Shown here piece after piece: positions 59,058 to 64,000 of a stretch of DNA of 64,000 nt. Position numbers and translations under genes: made by a program. The notes under the pieces are model-generated. The model made no database searches and was not told the DNA's origin. It saw only the letters and a list, made by a program, of their open reading frames with translations. Numbering within the stretch: position 1 is the first letter of the stretch; each line of letters opens with the position of its first letter. Origin of the DNA: a virus (Duplodnaviria > Caudoviricetes); the IMG/VR virus record IMGVR_UViG_3300042350_003419, positions 17,975 to 81,974 of that record; one strand, 5' to 3'.

Positions 59058-62000
59058 ATGTCTGTTGAAGTAAAATCCAATCAAATTACTGGTATTACCA
59101 CAACAGTTAATCCAACAGATGCCGCATCAAAACAATATGTTGATGATAATATAACTTCTTCTGGTGTTCCAACACCTACATTTGCTGATCAAAACGAATT
59201 TTTGTTCACCAATGGATCTACTGCATCTTGGGAACCTATTCAAGCAAGTCAAGAATATACTGCAGTAGGAACATATACTTTCACAGTTCCAACACAAGCA
59301 AAGAAGTTCACAATTGAAGCAACTGGTGCTGGGGGTGGTGGAGCAAGTGGAGACCTCATAGCATCAAATTATGTTTCGGCAACTGTATGGAGATTAAGAA
59401 CTGCCGGAAATACAACTCAAATAAACGCATCAATTTATAAATCAAGTGATTCTTCTTATTTGTTTGGAGGTAATTCTGGACTTTTAAATTATTCTACCAA
59501 TGCAATATTTTGGACTTTAAGAACTTCAGGAACCACTGGAGCAATTAATTCTCTTGCACCTTATTTTGTAGATTATATTGCTGGTGGTGCTTCTAACACT
59601 GTAATGTGGACTCAAAGAGTACCTGGATTTGGGTCATCTGCAATTTTTACTTTAATGTATGATGGAACCAATTACTTTGCCGCTGGTGTTGGTGGTGTAC
59701 TGAACTTTTCTACAAATTCAATTCATTGGGAATTGAGAACTTCAGGTAGAACAACTCAAATTGGATATGGAGCAGGTGGTAATGGATTATTATATGCTCC
59801 TGGACAAACTGAGGATTATGTTTATGCTGGTGCTTCTGGTGTCTTAGCATCTTCAACAGATTCTATTGCTTGGACCTTAAGAACTTCACCAAATAGCACC
59901 ATAGCAATTCAGGCATTAGCATTTGGTTCATTACCTACAGCAACTTATGTTCGTTCTACAGCAACCGCCGGAGAAATTGCAACCTCAACCAATGCAATTC
60001 AATGGACACTAAGAACTACAGGTACTGGCACTGGCGTTATTCAATCATTATTGTATTCAACAGCAACTACAGAATATTATGTAAATTGTCGTTCTGCTGG
60101 AGTACTCCAAACATCCACTAATGCAATTCAATGGACTATAAGAACATCAGGAACCGCAGGAAACTTGAGACAAATCATTTATGGTGCAGTCTATGTAGTT
60201 GTTGGTGATTCTGGAGTTATTAATACATCCACAAATGCAATTCAATGGACTCTAAGAACATCAGGAACAGCACAAGCACTTTATGGATTGGGTTATACTG
60301 CAGGTTCTTATGTTGCTTCTGGTGTATCTGGAGTATCTTTACATTCAACTGATGCAATTACTTGGTTAGCAAGAACCTCTGGATTTGGTTCATCAACTAT
60401 TCAAGCAGTTACTTTTGGAAATAATATTTTTATTAATGGTGGTGCTGGAGGAACTTTAACAACAGCAATACCATCAGTATTATCTTCCTCTGGTCTTGGT
60501 GCTTATTTTGCAGTTTCTACAGATACTATATCTTGGACCTTAAGGACAACAAATACTAATATTGAAACTATTAACTCTTTTACTGTTGGGGAATCAAATA
60601 GTTTGATTGCTGGATTTACGGACTATAATAATATTACTAGAGACCTTATCTATTCCACTGATGGAATTTCTTGGGTTTTAAGAACTTCTGGTTTTGGAAG
60701 CACAACTATTAATACTTTATTATATGCAAACAACTTATATGTTCTTGGTGGAAATATTTTTGATCCTGGACAGTGGACTCAAAGAGGTTCTGGTTTTGGT
60801 GCAAGTACAATTTTTACTTTAATGTATGATGGAACCAATTACTTTGCTGCTGGTGCTGGTGGTGCATTAACAACCTCAACAGATTCTATTAACTGGACTT
60901 ATAGAACTTCAGGTAGAACAACTCAAATTGGATATGCAACTGGAGGTAATGGACTTCTTTATGCAGCAGGACAAACTGAGGATTATGTTTATGCCGGTGC
61001 TTCTGGTGTCTTAGCATCTTCAACAGATTCTATTGCTTGGACCTTAAGAACTTCACCAAATAGCACCATAGCAATTCAGGCATTAGCATTTGGTTCATTA
61101 CCTACAGCAACTTATGTTCGTGCTACTGCTACTGCTGGAGAAATTGCAACATCAACTAATGCTATTCAATGGACATTAAGAACTACAGGAAATACTACTA
61201 ACATTATTCAGGCACTATTATACTCTGAAGCAACTACAGAATACTATGTAAACTGCCGTGCTGCTGGAGCACTTCAAACCTCTACAAATGCAATTCATTG
61301 GACTGCAAGAACATCAGGAACAGCATCTGCACTACATCAACTTCTTTATGGAGGTGTCTATGTAGTTTCTGGTGCTTCTGGTGTTATCAATACTTCTACT
61401 AATGCTATTGAATGGACTCTAAGAACATCAGGAACAGCACAGGCACTTTATGGTCTTTCTTATACTTCTGGTGCCTATGTTGCCTCTGGTGTCTCTGGAG
61501 TATCTTTATATTCAACTGATGCAATATCTTGGATATTGAGAACTTCTGGTTTTGGTACTAGTACTATTCAAGCAGTTACTTTTGGAAATAATATTTTTGT
61601 TAATGGTGGCGTCGGTGGAACTTTAACAACAGCAACACCTACATCACTACCATTACAAGGTCAGGGTCTTCTTACTTCAACCAATGCAGTTGAGTGGTCT
61701 TTGAGAACTTCTAATTTCTCTACATCACCAGTTTTCACTTCCATTTATGTTGGAACCTCTTACTTAATTGCGGGTGGTGGAGGAAATTTAGCAACATCGC
61801 CAGATGGAATTACTTGGACTTCAAGAACATCAGGATTTGGAACCACAACCATTAGAGCACTGTCGTATAGTAATTCAACTTATGTAATTAATGGTGACTC
61901 TGGAAAAATTGCAAGTTCAACAGATGCAATTACTTGGATTATAAGAACTTCAAACACCACACAAAATTTATTTACTGGTGTTGGTATTGGAGTCACATTC

Positions 62001-63578
62001 TTAACCGCAGGTGCCGCTGGTGCCGTGTCTCATTCACCAGCAATATTAGGTGCTGGTGGAGCAGGAGGTGGTGGTGGAGCATCTGTTACTTGGGAACTTG
62101 ATAGATCTCAAATCACAGGTTCAACATTTACAGTTAATGTTGGTTCTGGTGGAACATCAAATACTGCAGGAGCAGGAACCACAGTATCTTGGGATGGTCC
62201 TGCAGGAACTTATAGTATCACTGCAACTGGTGGAAATCCTGGTGGTGCATATGCTGGTGGAACTGGAGGAAATGTAAATCTAAATACAAACTACTTAAGA
62301 GAAACTGATGGAAGTGTTGGAGGACAAGCAACATTACTTGGAGCAACTACACCATCTCCAGGAACAAATGCAACACTTGCATATCAAACAACTGGTGGTG
62401 GTGCAGGAAGATTGAATGAAAGTATTACTGGAGCAGTAGGTGCTGTTGGTGGAACTATTAATTATTATAATAATACTTTAGCAGGAGTTACAAATGTAGA
62501 ACTAAATGGTTCTAATGCACTTCAAGTTCCTGGACTTTCTTATGGTGGTGGAGGAAGTGGTGGTGGCGCACAGGCAGGTCCTGGAGTTTTGTGGAGATTG
62601 AGAACTGCTGGTTTTCCTACTAGTGATATTAATGCACTCACCTTTGAAAACAATACTTATGTTGCTACTGGTGCTTCTGGAGTAGTAAACACTTCAACAA
62701 ATGCAATCACTTGGACTTTAAGAACTTCTGGTACTACTAGTATTTTTAATGCTGTTACTTATGCAAACAATACTTATGTTGCTACTGGTGCTTCTGGAGT
62801 AGTAAACACTTCAACAAATGCAATCACTTGGACTTTAAGAACTTCTGGTACTACTAGTATTTTTAATGCTGTTACTTATGCAAACAATACTTATGTTGCT
62901 ACTGGTGCTTCTGGAGTAGTAAACACTTCAACAAATGCAATCACTTGGACTTTAAGAACTTCTGGTTTTACTCTTGATATTTATGCTCTTACTTTTGGAA
63001 ATAATATTTATGTTGCTACATCTGAAATTACTGGTGGTGGTCCTGTTGGTGGTGTGAATACATCAACAGATGCAATCACTTGGACTTTAAGAACTTCTGG
63101 TATAGTTGCTCCTCAACTTCTTCGTGCTATTACTTATGGAAACAATATTTATGTTGTTGGTGGTGGTCTTGTTCCTACTAATGGAGTCTTAACTACCTCA
63201 ACAGATGCAATTCACTGGACTTTAAGAACTGCTGGTTTTGATGTTAATGATATTTATGCACTTATATATGCAAACAATACTTATGTTGCTTCTATTAGTA
63301 GTGGATCATTGAAGACTTCAACCGACGCTATCATTTGGACATTAAGAACTTCTAATAATGTTGTTGCTAGTCTTAATGATCTCGCCTTTGGGGACAATAC
63401 TTATGTTGCTGGTGGTAATAGTGGAACCATAATAACTTCAAGTGCAGTTGGAGGTAATCCTGGAGGTTCTGGAACTCGTGGAGGTGGTGGAGGTGGTGGA
63501 GGTTATGATGCTGTAACCAATTCTTCAGGTGATGGTGGAACTGGTGGTAATGGTTATGTTCGTATCAGTTGGGTATAA
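59058..63578 (+). CDS. large Gly-rich protein with WTLRTSG beta-propeller-like repeats, putative receptor-binding protein
   Basis: Many ST(N/D)AI.WT.RTSG repeats; GAGGGG and GGNGYVRISW glycine-rich domain halves. Confidence 0.8.
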   Translation: MSVEVKSNQITGITTTVNPTDAASKQYVDDNITSSGVPTPTFADQNEFLFTNGSTASWEPIQASQEYTAVGTYTFTVPTQAKKFTIEATGAGGGGASGDLIASNYVSATVWRLRTAGNTTQINASIYKSSDSSYLFGGNSGLLNYSTNAIFWTLRTSGTTGAINSLAPYFVDYIAGGASNTVMWTQRVPGFGSSAIFTLMYDGTNYFAAGVGGVLNFSTNSIHWELRTSGRTTQIGYGAGGNGLLYAPGQTEDYVYAGASGVLASSTDSIAWTLRTSPNSTIAIQALAFGSLPTATYVRSTATAGEIATSTNAIQWTLRTTGTGTGVIQSLLYSTATTEYYVNCRSAGVLQTSTNAIQWTIRTSGTAGNLRQIIYGAVYVVVGDSGVINTSTNAIQWTLRTSGTAQALYGLGYTAGSYVASGVSGVSLHSTDAITWLARTSGFGSSTIQAVTFGNNIFINGGAGGTLTTAIPSVLSSSGLGAYFAVSTDTISWTLRTTNTNIETINSFTVGESNSLIAGFTDYNNITRDLIYSTDGISWVLRTSGFGSTTINTLLYANNLYVLGGNIFDPGQWTQRGSGFGASTIFTLMYDGTNYFAAGAGGALTTSTDSINWTYRTSGRTTQIGYATGGNGLLYAAGQTEDYVYAGASGVLASSTDSIAWTLRTSPNSTIAIQALAFGSLPTATYVRATATAGEIATSTNAIQWTLRTTGNTTNIIQALLYSEATTEYYVNCRAAGALQTSTNAIHWTARTSGTASALHQLLYGGVYVVSGASGVINTSTNAIEWTLRTSGTAQALYGLSYTSGAYVASGVSGVSLYSTDAISWILRTSGFGTSTIQAVTFGNNIFVNGGVGGTLTTATPTSLPLQGQGLLTSTNAVEWSLRTSNFSTSPVFTSIYVGTSYLIAGGGGNLATSPDGITWTSRTSGFGTTTIRALSYSNSTYVINGDSGKIASSTDAITWIIRTSNTTQNLFTGVGIGVTFLTAGAAGAVSHSPAILGAGGAGGGGGASVTWELDRSQITGSTFTVNVGSGGTSNTAGAGTTVSWDGPAGTYSITATGGNPGGAYAGGTGGNVNLNTNYLRETDGSVGGQATLLGATTPSPGTNATLAYQTTGGGAGRLNESITGAVGAVGGTINYYNNTLAGVTNVELNGSNALQVPGLSYGGGGSGGGAQAGPGVLWRLRTAGFPTSDINALTFENNTYVATGASGVVNTSTNAITWTLRTSGTTSIFNAVTYANNTYVATGASGVVNTSTNAITWTLRTSGTTSIFNAVTYANNTYVATGASGVVNTSTNAITWTLRTSGFTLDIYALTFGNNIYVATSEITGGGPVGGVNTSTDAITWTLRTSGIVAPQLLRAITYGNNIYVVGGGLVPTNGVLTTSTDAIHWTLRTAGFDVNDIYALIYANNTYVASISSGSLKTSTDAIIWTLRTSNNVVASLNDLAFGDNTYVAGGNSGTIITSSAVGGNPGGSGTRGGGGGGGGYDAVTNSSGDGGTGGNGYVRISWV
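62649..62966 (+). repeat. 117-bp tandem repeat, about 3 copies
   Basis: AACAATACTTATGTTGCTACTGG at 62649, 62766 and 62883. Confidence 0.9.
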
Positions 63579-63590
63579 GGAGGTAAAGAA

Positions 63591-64000
63591 ATGACAGTAG
63601 CAAATTCTAATTCAATCACAGGGATTACAACAATTACAGCATCAACTGATGTTGCTAATAAAGAGTATGTTGATAGTAAATCTGGTGGAAGTTCTAGCAC
63701 ACCATCACAAACTGGAAATGCTGGTGAATTTCTTACCACAACTGATGGAGTAACTCTTTCTTGGGATTATGTTTCCAACTATGAGGAATTTACAACAACT
63801 GGAGCACAGACTTTTACGGTTCCAAGTTATTCTAATGTTTTATTAATTGAAGCAGTTGGTGCTGGTGGGGGAGGAAGTGCGGGAACATCTGGAGGAAGTT
63901 CTGGTGCTGGTGGAGGTTCAGGTTCCTATACTTCTTGGTATGTTCCAAAAGCAATTGTATCTTCAAACATCACAGTCAATCCTGGTGTTGGTGGTGCTGG
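63591..64000 (+). CDS. 3'-truncated paralog of the 59058 protein
   Basis: SITGITT...DVANKEYVD...TFTVP...IEAVGAGGGG; GGAGG SD. Confidence 0.8.
   Translation, partial: MTVANSNSITGITTITASTDVANKEYVDSKSGGSSSTPSQTGNAGEFLTTTDGVTLSWDYVSNYEEFTTTGAQTFTVPSYSNVLLIEAVGAGGGGSAGTSGGSSGAGGGSGSYTSWYVPKAIVSSNITVNPGVGGA

Noticed and set aside
49740-63578. Diversity-generating retroelement (TR/VR pairs)
   Set aside because: No reverse transcriptase in the window; duplicated blocks are all coding and I saw no adenine-specific mismatch pattern
1421-63739. Numerous short antisense or alternate-frame ORFs inside long genes
   Set aside because: No motifs or SD sites; expected shadows of biased codon usage

Overview
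64 kb segment of a T4-like cyanomyovirus genome, probably freshwater, coded almost entirely on the + strand. In order it carries: putative head-packaged proteins and a cytidyltransferase; gp61 primase; nrdA/nrdB; a lysis region; 18 tRNA genes interspersed with two HNH endonucleases, an SLH-domain outer-membrane protein, dps and unexplained structured RNAs; a wcaG RNA motif; a ~16 kb nucleotide-sugar/glycosyltransferase island; photosynthesis and stress AMGs (two hli, peroxiredoxin, psbA split by a 209-nt group I intron with a free-standing endonuclease downstream, talC); and large repeat-rich tail-fibre genes. The best unexplained signal is a dnaX-style -1 frameshift cassette (SD-like element, A_AAA_AAG, 10-bp hairpin). 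It would fuse a C39-like peptidase to a start-less GH24 lysozyme and give two lysin forms from one locus. Next are twin 45-nt covarying hairpin RNAs with an anticodon-like loop inside the tRNA array. All calls come from reading the sequence and recalled family motifs; no searches were run.
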